NCBI GenBank assembly: GCA_022750435.1
Contig: JAKIVS010000001.1
Coordinates: 286,895-350,894, forward strand
DNA: 64,000 bases
Direction: 5' to 3'
Source of the DNA: Thermoplasmata archaeon
GTDB lineage: Archaea; Thermoplasmatota; Thermoplasmata; Lutacidiplasmatales; UBA184
Positions 34,854 to 42,826 of this stretch are shown piece by piece. A model generated the notes under the pieces. It was not told where the DNA came from and made no database searches. It worked only from the letters and a program-made list of their open reading frames with translations. The first letter of the stretch is position 1; each line of letters starts with the position of its first letter. Both the position numbers and the translations under genes were made by a program.

Positions 34854-35633
34854 ATGGTCGACGACCAGAGCGTTCTCGGCATCCGCGAGCTCGACTCGGA
34901 GCTGTACCCGTACATGCCTCCGGGCTGGCTCGGACTCCTCGTGGGCCACTCGGGCTCGGGCACACCGCTCTTCGCGAAGCAGTTCGCCCAAGCGATGGTC
35001 GGTGCGTCGCCGGTTCTGTACTACACTACCTACGAGCGGACCGAGGACGTCCACCGGGCATTCCGCGACTTTGGCTGGGACCCGGACGGGGTCCAGATCG
35101 TCAACCTCTCCGAGGAGTACTTCCGGAACGTCCTCGTCCACTCCTTGGAGGTCTCCCAGCTCCGGGAGCGCGGTCTGAAGCTCTCGGACCTCGACGGCTC
35201 GAAACCCCGGCCCCCGACGCCGACGACCTACAACATGATCAGTCGGCTGCTCGCCGACCTGGCGGCCCTCGACGGCCGCTTCCGCCTCGTGCTCGACTCC
35301 CTCGACTTCTTCTTCGAGGTGCTCGAACCGACCGAGGTCATGACGGTGGTTCGACAGATCCGCCACCGGGCGCAGGAGCTGGGGGGACAAGCGCTCCTCG
35401 TCGTTCAGGGCGAGTTCCACGAGCGACGGATCTCGGGCCCGTTGGAGGACATGGCGGACCTGGTCGTGGAGTTGAGCGCCCGCCCACGCGGGGAATCGTA
35501 CGAGCACACGCTCGCGGTGCGGAAGATCCGCAACCACCCGGAGCGCACCCGCATCCTCCCCGCCAAGATGACCGGAAGCGGCCTTTCCGTCGTCGCGACG
35601 GAACCGACCGCCAAGCCGGGGCGTCCCGGTTAG
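34854..35633 (+). CDS. KaiC-like paralogue with degenerate Walker A
   Basis: GWLGLLVGHSGSGTPLF, where GK[ST] is replaced by GTP. RLVLDSLDFF. LAVRKIRNHPERTRILPAKMTGSGLSVV corresponds to the KaiC C-terminal motif. Confidence 0.65.
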   Translation: MVDDQSVLGIRELDSELYPYMPPGWLGLLVGHSGSGTPLFAKQFAQAMVGASPVLYYTTYERTEDVHRAFRDFGWDPDGVQIVNLSEEYFRNVLVHSLEVSQLRERGLKLSDLDGSKPRPPTPTTYNMISRLLADLAALDGRFRLVLDSLDFFFEVLEPTEVMTVVRQIRHRAQELGGQALLVVQGEFHERRISGPLEDMADLVVELSARPRGESYEHTLAVRKIRNHPERTRILPAKMTGSGLSVVATEPTAKPGRPG

Positions 35634-35680
35634 CGCAAACTTATCTACGCCGGACTCGGTTCGTCGTCGTTAGGCGTATC

Positions 35681-36457
35681 ATGGACGATGTGCACATCCA
35701 GTGGGCCGAGAAGGTCCAGCTGAAGGACCCGATCCTGGTGGAGGGACTCCCCGGGGTCGGCAACGTCGGCAAGCTCGCGGCCGACTACCTGAAGGAGAAG
35801 CTGGGGGCGAAGCCGCTCGCCACGATCTACTCGAAGTTCTTCCCACCGCAGGTCTACGTGAGCGAGGAGGGAGTGACCCGCCTCGTTTCGCAGGAGCTCT
35901 CCTACCGGAAGGGCACCGGACCCAAGGAACGGGACATCATCATCCTGAGCGGCGATTACCAGGGGATCTCCCCGGAGGGCCAGTACGAGCTGACCGAGCG
36001 GGTCCTCTCCGTCTGCCACGACCTGGGAACGAAGGAACTCTACACGCTCGCGGGGTTCGCCCAGGGCCGGGTCATCGAGGTGCCGCGGGTCCTTGGAGCC
36101 GCGACTTCGCCGGAACGGGTCGAGGCGATGAAGAAGTTCGGCGTGGTCTTTTCGCGCAACGACCCCGGAGGGGGTCTGATCGGGGCGTCCGGTCTGTTCC
36201 TCGGCCTCGGACGGTTGTACGACATGCACGGCGTCTGCCTCATGGGCGAGACGAGCGGGTACTTCGTCGACCCCCGGAGCGCGGAAGCGGTCCTGAAAGT
36301 GCTCGCGAAGATCCTCGCCGTGTCCATCGACTTCTCCGACCTGGAAGGGAAGGCGAAGGAGATCGACCGGATCGCGCAGAAGATCCACGAGGCCGAGCAG
36401 CGACCTCCGGACGCCCCGACGCCGTCGGCCCGCGAGGACCTCGGCTACATCGGCTGA
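35681..36457 (+). CDS. PAC2-family proteasome assembly chaperone-like protein
   Basis: DPILVEGLPGVGNVGKLAADYL, IIILSGDYQG and LMGETSGYFVDPRSAEAVLKVL. This is the archaeal PAC2/PbaB-type pattern. Confidence 0.7.
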   Translation: MDDVHIQWAEKVQLKDPILVEGLPGVGNVGKLAADYLKEKLGAKPLATIYSKFFPPQVYVSEEGVTRLVSQELSYRKGTGPKERDIIILSGDYQGISPEGQYELTERVLSVCHDLGTKELYTLAGFAQGRVIEVPRVLGAATSPERVEAMKKFGVVFSRNDPGGGLIGASGLFLGLGRLYDMHGVCLMGETSGYFVDPRSAEAVLKVLAKILAVSIDFSDLEGKAKEIDRIAQKIHEAEQRPPDAPTPSAREDLGYIG

Positions 36458-36463
36458 GCCCGC

Positions 36464-37549
36464 ATGGCCGCGCCGCCCGGCCCGCCGGAGGTCCAGGCCC
36501 GCCTTCTCGCGGCGGCCGCCGGCGGAATCCTGCGGTTCGACCGGTTCGTGGAGATCGCCCTCTACTCGGAGGGGGGGTTCTACCGCTCCCGCGAGAGCCC
36601 ACTCGGCCGACACGGGTCGTTCTACACGGCCGCCCACGCGTCGCCGCTCTTCGGTGCGGCGCTCGCGCGACGGCTCTGCGCCGAGCGCGAGCGGCTGGGC
36701 GCGAAGCGACCGTTCCGCGTCGTGGAGGTGGGTCCCGGCGACGGGACCCTCGCCCTCGACGTGGCGCGGTCCCTGCCCACGGACGGACCGCGATGGCGGT
36801 GGACCTTCGTCGAGCGCTCGCCCACGCTCCGAGCGCTGCTCGAGGAGCGGATCCGGCGGGAGGCCGTGGGGTCTCCCGTCGCCTTCGACTTCGCCCCGTC
36901 GCTCGGCGGCGAGGGAGCGATCGTCGGCGCCGTCGTGGGAAACGAATTCCTGGACGCCCAGCCGTTTCGCCGGGTGGTCCGTCACCCCGGTGAGTGGCGG
37001 GAGCTGGGCGTACGGTGGAGCGGCTCCTCGTGGGAGTGGGCCGAGGGCGATGGGCCGACCGTCGTTCCGGGCGAACCCCTCCCAGACGCCGAGGGGGGGA
37101 CCCGGTACGAGCTACTCGAGCGGGCCGAGGGATTCGTCCGCGAGGTCGCGGATTCGCTCGCGGAAGGGACTGCCATCTTCCTGGACTATGGCGCGAGCAC
37201 GACGGAGCTCGTTCGCGGCCACCCTGGAGGGACGCTCGCCGCCGTCCGCGGCCACCACCCGGTACCTCCCCTCGAGGCCCCTGGGAGCGCCGACCTCAGT
37301 GCATTCGTCGATTTCTCCCGGCTTCGCGCCGCGGCGGCGCGGGCCGGCCTCCGTGAGCGCGCGTTCCGCTCGCAAGCCGAGGCGCTCGGCGAGTGGGGGA
37401 TTGGCCCGCTCATCGAAGGTGCCGTGGAAAAGGCCGAGAGCGCCGAGGAAGGCGTCCGGATCCGGCTCGCCGCGAAGAATCTCCTGTTCGGGTTCGAGAC
37501 GTTCTCGGTGCTCGAGCTCGAGGCGCCGGGGCCGACCGTTATGTCGTGA
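36464..37549 (+). CDS. MidA/NDUFAF7-family (DUF185) SAM-dependent methyltransferase
   Basis: FDRFVEIALYSEGGFY, FYTAAHASPLFG, VVEVGPGDGTLALDV and GNEFLDAQPF. Confidence 0.8.
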   Translation: MAAPPGPPEVQARLLAAAAGGILRFDRFVEIALYSEGGFYRSRESPLGRHGSFYTAAHASPLFGAALARRLCAERERLGAKRPFRVVEVGPGDGTLALDVARSLPTDGPRWRWTFVERSPTLRALLEERIRREAVGSPVAFDFAPSLGGEGAIVGAVVGNEFLDAQPFRRVVRHPGEWRELGVRWSGSSWEWAEGDGPTVVPGEPLPDAEGGTRYELLERAEGFVREVADSLAEGTAIFLDYGASTTELVRGHPGGTLAAVRGHHPVPPLEAPGSADLSAFVDFSRLRAAAARAGLRERAFRSQAEALGEWGIGPLIEGAVEKAESAEEGVRIRLAAKNLLFGFETFSVLELEAPGPTVMS

Positions 37550-38195
37550 CGGTCCGCTCGTCCCGCTTCACGAGCTCGGCGAGTCCACTCTGGACGAGCA
37601 ATCTCGCGCGCTCCTCGGGCAGCGCGAGCACATCCTCGGCCCGGAGCTCGATCGTCTCCTTCCCGATCTCGACCGCGGGACCGTCCTTCAGCACCCGGAC
37701 ATAGGTGAGACGCGGCGCGGAGGGGGCGGACAGGGCGCTCGCCGGAGCCGGGGGGAGCCCGGGCAAGCTCGGGCCGAGTCCCAACGCGGGGGGTGGAGCC
37801 GTCGACGCACCGCCGACGTCCAGGAACGGCGCGACCGCGGTGCGATGTCCCCGGAGGACGCGAGAGAGCTGGTCGAACAGCTGGCGCTCCTCGGGCAGCG
37901 CGTTGGGGACGTCGCGGGAACCCCCGATGCTCCCCTGGAACGCCACGCTGAGGATCTTCGACATCCGTGCCTCGACGATATCCCGCGCGACCTGGCTCGC
38001 GCGGGCGTGCGTCTGACGGGCCAGGTCCCCCTTCTTCCCGCCGGGATTTTCGCGGAGCTCCGACTCGAACGTGCGACGCACCTCGGCGAGGTACGCCTGG
38101 GTGGACTCGTAGAACTCGAGGGGCAGCTTCGCGAGGCCCCGGGCCGCGCCCTCCGCGCGGCGCCACTCGAGCAGCTGGGTGTACTGGTCGGGCAT
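37539..38195 (-). CDS. GINS complex subunit (Gins51-type)
   Basis: ATG 38193-38195 inside ORF 37539..38639. A-domain LLEWRRAE..LAKLPLEFYESTQAYL...ARMSKIL, a Pro-rich linker, then B-domain TYVRVLKDGPAVEIGKETIELRAEDVLALPEERARLLVQSGLAELV. Confidence 0.7.
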   Translation of the reverse strand: MPDQYTQLLEWRRAEGAARGLAKLPLEFYESTQAYLAEVRRTFESELRENPGGKKGDLARQTHARASQVARDIVEARMSKILSVAFQGSIGGSRDVPNALPEERQLFDQLSRVLRGHRTAVAPFLDVGGASTAPPPALGLGPSLPGLPPAPASALSAPSAPRLTYVRVLKDGPAVEIGKETIELRAEDVLALPEERARLLVQSGLAELVKRDERTVTT

Positions 38196-38276
38196 CGCCG
38201 ACCCTCCGAGGGGGTCGAGCCTAAAGGTCTTGCCGAGTCCCCGGGGGATGACGCCGTTCGGCGTCGCGGGCGCACG

Positions 38277-38726
38277 ATGGCCGAGACGCCGGACCGGGTC
38301 GCGGCGTGGCCCGAGTTCGTCCGGTTGTTCGACCGGTTGAAGGACGAGATGGCTACTGGGAAGGTCGTCGTGCTCGTCGAGGGGATCCGCGACCGCCGCT
38401 CGCTCCGGTCCCTCGGGCTCGAGGGGCCGGTCGAGCTCGTCCACGCCGGCCGGACAATGAGCGAACTCGCCGCCCACCTGTCGCGGGAGGGGCGGAAGGT
38501 CGTCGTCCTCACGGACTGGGACACGGCGGGGGGCCAGCTCGCCCGTACGCTCCGGGAGTTCCTCGGGGCCGAAGCGGTCGGGATCGACCTGGAGTACCGA
38601 CGACGGCTCGCCCGGGTGCTGCGCGGCGAGCTCGTCCACGTCGAGGGACTGTTCGGATGGGCGCGGCGAACGGCCAGCGAGGCCGGGGTTCTATTGGACA
38701 GCGGCGACGTCGACGCCCCGGGGTAA
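38277..38726 (+). CDS. Small stand-alone Toprim-domain protein (primase/RNase M5-like)
   Basis: ATG 38277 inside ORF 36654..38726. VVVLVEGIRDRRSL (Toprim Glu) and VVVLTDWDTAGGQL (DxD). Confidence 0.7.
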   Translation: MAETPDRVAAWPEFVRLFDRLKDEMATGKVVVLVEGIRDRRSLRSLGLEGPVELVHAGRTMSELAAHLSREGRKVVVLTDWDTAGGQLARTLREFLGAEAVGIDLEYRRRLARVLRGELVHVEGLFGWARRTASEAGVLLDSGDVDAPG

Positions 38727-38744
38727 GCCGGACTCCGTCGGGGC

Positions 38745-39359
38745 CTAAGGGATCGCCTTCGTCTGCGTCCGTCGGGTATCGCGGCGGTTCCGCTGGCGCG
38801 AGGGACGCATCCGCTCGGTGCCCTTTCCCTTCCAGCGGAGCCCGCGGCCGTCGCGGCCCGCGCGGGTCAGGCCGCGGTAGGCGCGTCCGGTGTGCGGGGC
38901 GCCGGCGATCCAGCCGACCTGCCGGTCGTGGATGATCTGGGGGTGGGCGGGGTCGACGAGGAGGACCTCGAAGAACTTCTCCTTCCCGTCCTCTCCGACC
39001 CAGTATGAGTTCAGAACTTCGAGATTCGGATAGTGCTTCTGCGCGCGCTCTTCGGCGATGCGTTGCACGCTCTTCGCGAGGGTCATCCGGAGAATTCCCT
39101 TGCGCTTCGGGCGCCGGCCCGCGATGATCGCCCGCTTGCGCTGACCGCCGCGGCGGACGCGGACACGGACGACGATGAACCCTTCCTTCGCCTTCCAACC
39201 GATCGCGCGCGCGCGGTCGAGTCGGGTCGGATGCGCGAGCCGCGTCACGGTGTGCTGCCGGCGCCACGTCAGAAGTCGCTCGTGGCGGAGGGCGGAACCC
39301 TCCTCGCCGAGCGTCTTGCGGAAGGAGAGGGAGATGTACCGGTAGACCGACTGGCTCAT
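38745..39359 (-). CDS. rpl15e: 50S ribosomal protein L15e
   Basis: MSQSVYRYISLSFRK..., RLAHPTRLDRARAIGWKAKEGFIVVRVRVRRGG, YWVGEDGKEKFFEVLLVDPAHP. Confidence 0.95.
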   Translation of the reverse strand: MSQSVYRYISLSFRKTLGEEGSALRHERLLTWRRQHTVTRLAHPTRLDRARAIGWKAKEGFIVVRVRVRRGGQRKRAIIAGRRPKRKGILRMTLAKSVQRIAEERAQKHYPNLEVLNSYWVGEDGKEKFFEVLLVDPAHPQIIHDRQVGWIAGAPHTGRAYRGLTRAGRDGRGLRWKGKGTERMRPSRQRNRRDTRRTQTKAIP

Positions 39360-39386
39360 GGGCGGCGGCGGGGGACTTTCGGCCCC

Positions 39387-39394
39387 ATTATAAG
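39387..39394 (-). promoter_or_regulatory. TATA box for rpl15e
   Basis: ATTATAAG (TTATAA core) centred about 31 nt upstream of the L15e ATG at 39359. Confidence 0.4.
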
Positions 39395-39739
39395 AGTAAG
39401 CCTCGCGCTTGTCGTCGGGCGGCCGCTCTCGGAGCGGTCGGATTCTCGGTCGGAGAACCGACCGTGGAGCGAGCGCCGGGGACTCGCCTCGTCCGCGGGC
39501 CGGGGGTCACTCACGCGGCGGATCGACCGAACGGACCGGCGCCTCGGCTCGGACTCCTTGGGCCGAGCGGTCGTGGTGGACGAACGTAGGACCCTGGGGG
39601 CGTCGGCCGCGCCCGGAGGCTCTCATGCGGTTGCTTCCCACCCTCGGTCGATGAGGATTTCAGTTGCGGCCTACGGATTCTTATACCACTCGACTCGAGC
39701 GATAGGTTGCACCGACAGCCGTCGGCGCGAGGCAGAGAA

Positions 39740-40240
39740 ATGGGACTCAAACTGCGCCGGAGAAGCGTCTATGCAGGCACGATCGTAGCGATGATGGCGT
39801 TGATTGCGGGGCTCGCGATGGCCTCGTTCGTCTCCACCGTCACGACCGGTGGTCAGAACGCGTACAGCGTCACCTCGGCGACCGGTACGTCGTACGCCAC
39901 AGGCATCCCCTCCGTCAACCTGGTCTGGACCACGGCGACCGCCTGTACGACGACGGGAACGGTCTCGTCGGTGGGTCCGACGGTGAATGTGTTCATCGCC
40001 GGTCAGGCCGCGTGTCAAACCGCGACCCCCGACTGGTTTGAGGAACTCTCCTTCCCGGGCACCGCCCTGGTGGCGAACCCGATCGACGCCTTCGCCGTGA
40101 CGGTCGGCGCCAACGCCCCGGTTCTCTTCTCCTCCTCGCTGACGACGACGGCGACGCACGCGATCACGACCAACGTGTACTACGAGGTCGGATCGTCGGC
40201 GACGTCCACGACGTCCGACGTCGGGATCACGGGCGACTAG
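39740..40240 (+). CDS. Small Thr/Ala-rich secreted protein with a basic-then-hydrophobic N-terminus (possible class III/pilin-like signal)
   Basis: MGLKLRRRSVYAGTIVAMMALIAGLAMASFV, followed by a T/S/A/V-rich beta-type sequence. GAGG lies 10 nt upstream of the ATG at 39740. The alternative TTG start at 39707 is about 24 nt after TTCTTATACC. Confidence 0.5.
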   Translation: MGLKLRRRSVYAGTIVAMMALIAGLAMASFVSTVTTGGQNAYSVTSATGTSYATGIPSVNLVWTTATACTTTGTVSSVGPTVNVFIAGQAACQTATPDWFEELSFPGTALVANPIDAFAVTVGANAPVLFSSSLTTTATHAITTNVYYEVGSSATSTTSDVGITGD

Positions 40241-40471
40241 GCGCTACCGCCCCCGGCGGGCGGTCCCACCCAACCCTTTCCCGCGTCCCGCGCGCTCCCA
40301 TCCCCGGCGTTGGTCCCTCCTTCTTCCCCAACGCTCGACGTCGGTGGCGAATCCCTCAGTGTTCGTTCCTGTGGCTCGGCCGAGCGGACGCGATGGCGCC
40401 CGGATCATCGGCCGACCCGCTCGTCTCGGACTCGAGGTGCGGGCGACCCTCACCACGGGGCCGTCGGCGAT

Positions 40472-41542
40472 TCAGGATCGTTCGGTCCCCGAGACGGAGG
40501 CTCCGGCCGCCTTGGGGTGGGACTCGTCGAGGACGGAGCAGAACACGCAGAGGTTGGGTTTGCCTTCGGCGATCGAGCGTCCCCGACACTCCGCGCAGAG
40601 CGGCTCCTCGCAGCCCAGGCACGTGCCGGGCTCCTCCGTTTCCGGGACGGGGGAGCCGCATTCCACGCAGTGGGCGTACGGGCGTCGTCGCGACGCTGCG
40701 GGACGGTGCGGAACCGGACGGCGCTCGACGGGGGAGACGCGCGGTGCCTCGGGAAGGTCGGCGAGCACCGCCTCGATCGAGTCGGCATCGGAATCCAACG
40801 AGGGAGGGGCCACCCCCGCCGGGCCACGCGCGCCGGTCCTCGGTCGGGTGGGGTGAAGGTCGACGTCAATGGAATCGAGTTCGCTCAGCTCGAACTCCGA
40901 GCTGTCCGCCGCCGAATCCGGGGAGGGGAGGCCCGCGAGGTCGTCGAGCTCGTCCGCGAACGAGCTTCCCGGGACCGGTCGCGGCGGAGGAGCGGCCACC
41001 GCCCCGAGGGGAGGCCGGCTCGGCGAAGCGGTCGAAGTTGGCCGGGGGCGGGACTCCGACGGAGGCGTCGATGGGACCCGGGCCGGCTCGGTGTGGTCCG
41101 CTCGAGGGACGGGGACCGGGCGGGGCGACGGGGCGGGGATGGAACTCCGCCGCTCCGTCACCAGCAGCTCGTCCTCGGGCTCGTCGCCCGGGCTCGCGAA
41201 GAACGAGAGCGTGCCGCCGATGAAGGCGATGAACCCGATGGCGATCAACGGGAGCCAGAGCGGGATCCGGTCGATGACCGCGTGGGGATTGTCGACCCGC
41301 ACGAAGAGACCGAACCCGAGACACCCGACACCCACGAGGAACAACGGAAGACTCGCCGCGAGGCTGCTGGCGTCCCCCTCGAACAACGGATACTCCCGAC
41401 GACGGACCCTACGAACCTCCGGGCGTTCGCGTCGGATCGATGGGGGTGGGCGACCGTGCCGCAGCCCCGGGTCGGGCGCTTCCTCCGAGCTCCGCCCTCC
41501 GCGGAGTCGCATCTCGGTGCCGAGGGAGGTATCGTGTTCCAT
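40472..41542 (-). CDS. Membrane protein with a long Pro-rich linker and a C-terminal double zinc ribbon
   Basis: Two helices (SLPLFLVGVGCLGFGLFV, LWLPLIAIGFIAFIGGTLSFF). A low-complexity P/S/A linker. Then HCVECG..x12..CLGCEEPLCAEC..x12..CVFC, four CxxC pairs. Confidence 0.5.
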   Translation of the reverse strand: MEHDTSLGTEMRLRGGRSSEEAPDPGLRHGRPPPSIRRERPEVRRVRRREYPLFEGDASSLAASLPLFLVGVGCLGFGLFVRVDNPHAVIDRIPLWLPLIAIGFIAFIGGTLSFFASPGDEPEDELLVTERRSSIPAPSPRPVPVPRADHTEPARVPSTPPSESRPRPTSTASPSRPPLGAVAAPPPRPVPGSSFADELDDLAGLPSPDSAADSSEFELSELDSIDVDLHPTRPRTGARGPAGVAPPSLDSDADSIEAVLADLPEAPRVSPVERRPVPHRPAASRRRPYAHCVECGSPVPETEEPGTCLGCEEPLCAECRGRSIAEGKPNLCVFCSVLDESHPKAAGASVSGTERS

Positions 41543-41700
41543 GCTACGAGGGCGCTACACCGGACATGCTCGGGAGGAGTATTAGAATCGGGAGCACCAC
41601 TGGCTCCCGCCCGGATGGGGTTCCGCCGACGAGGGACGCCGATCGGGGAGCGTTCCCGAGGACGTGGGCCGGCCCCGCGGGGCGCGGAGGGTGGGGCGAG

Positions 41701-42099
41701 TTACGCCGGCGATTCCCACGGCATCCGGAGGTCCGGCGCCCGACTCACCTTGGCGGTGGCGTGGCTCTCGGTGAGTACGGAGCGCTCCAGGTGCTGGCCG
41801 ATCTCCCGGGCGAGTCGGTCGAGTCGGCTGCGGTCGGCCGGGGGGACCGTCACGGGGGAGCTCCAGACCACCGCGGCGCCGCCGGAGGTCGGGACGATCG
41901 TAAATCGCAGCGTCTTCGCCACGTCGGGGACGGCCGGGTTCATCCGCTTGAGCTCGCCGGAAACGACGGAGACCGACGGCTCGGTCGTGTCGGTCCGTTC
42001 CACCGTGTACCCGAGGGTCCCCAGGTAGTCGGCCAGATGACCGGCGAACCGCTCTCGTCCCATGCCCCGCACCCGTAGCCACTCGTTACCGTCCACCAT
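41701..42099 (-). CDS. Hypothetical protein
   Basis: 132-aa ORF with normal amino-acid composition. Its start overlaps the 3' end of the SpoU-type methyltransferase gene by 14 nt, so it is the last gene of the ftsY operon. No family recognised. Confidence 0.45.
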   Translation of the reverse strand: MVDGNEWLRVRGMGRERFAGHLADYLGTLGYTVERTDTTEPSVSVVSGELKRMNPAVPDVAKTLRFTIVPTSGGAAVVWSSPVTVPPADRSRLDRLAREIGQHLERSVLTESHATAKVSRAPDLRMPWESPA

Positions 42100-42826
42100 G
42101 CGACCTCCCTGCCCAGCGATCGACGCTCTTGAGGAATCCGAGGAGCATCCGGTACTCCGCCTCGGTCGGCGTCGAGCGCCCGAGGGCGCGCCGCCAGAGG
42201 AGTCCGAGGCCGTGCCGCTTGTGGGCGGGGTACCCCGCCTTCGCCGCGAGCTCCTCGACCCGGCGGAGGAGCAGCTCCTTCTCCGAGCCGTTCAATCGCA
42301 GGAGTTCGGGGGCCGGGGTGCTGTCCGGGTCCTCGGGCCGGCGGGCCCGATGGACGGCGTACAGGACGATCGCGGCCGCATGGGAGAGGTTGAGCGTCGG
42401 AAACTCGCGTCGTGCCGGAATGTGGACGAGGAGGTCGCAGTGGGCGAGCTCTTCCCGGCCGAGCCCGTTGTCCTCGGGGCCGAACACCACGGCCACCGAC
42501 CCCTCGATGGGGAGCAGCATCTCGCCGAGCCGCTCGGGGGAGACGGCGCGACGGAGATAGGAGGCCGAGCGACCGGTCGAGAGGTCGGTGGTGCCGACGA
42601 CCAGGTCGACGTCCGCGGTCGCCTCGTCGAGGGTCGCGACAACTTTCGCGTCGCGAAGCAGCGGGATACCGCCCATCGCGCGGCGGCGCGCCTCGGGACC
42701 GAGCGACGCCTTCGGCCGGACAAAGATCAACTGGGCGGCCCCGAAGTTCCGGGCCACCCGGGCAACGGCGCCGACATTCCCGTCCTCCTTGGGCCGGACG
42801 AGCACGACGGAGACGCGGGCGCTCAC
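42086..42826 (-). CDS. SpoU/TrmH-class (TrmJ-like) RNA 2'-O-methyltransferase
   Basis: VVLVRPKEDGNVGAVARVARNFG, VFGPEDNGL and IPARREFPTLNLSHAAAIVLY. GTGA overlap with the ftsY stop. Confidence 0.8.
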   Translation of the reverse strand: MSARVSVVLVRPKEDGNVGAVARVARNFGAAQLIFVRPKASLGPEARRRAMGGIPLLRDAKVVATLDEATADVDLVVGTTDLSTGRSASYLRRAVSPERLGEMLLPIEGSVAVVFGPEDNGLGREELAHCDLLVHIPARREFPTLNLSHAAAIVLYAVHRARRPEDPDSTPAPELLRLNGSEKELLLRRVEELAAKAGYPAHKRHGLGLLWRRALGRSTPTEAEYRMLLGFLKSVDRWAGRSHGGR

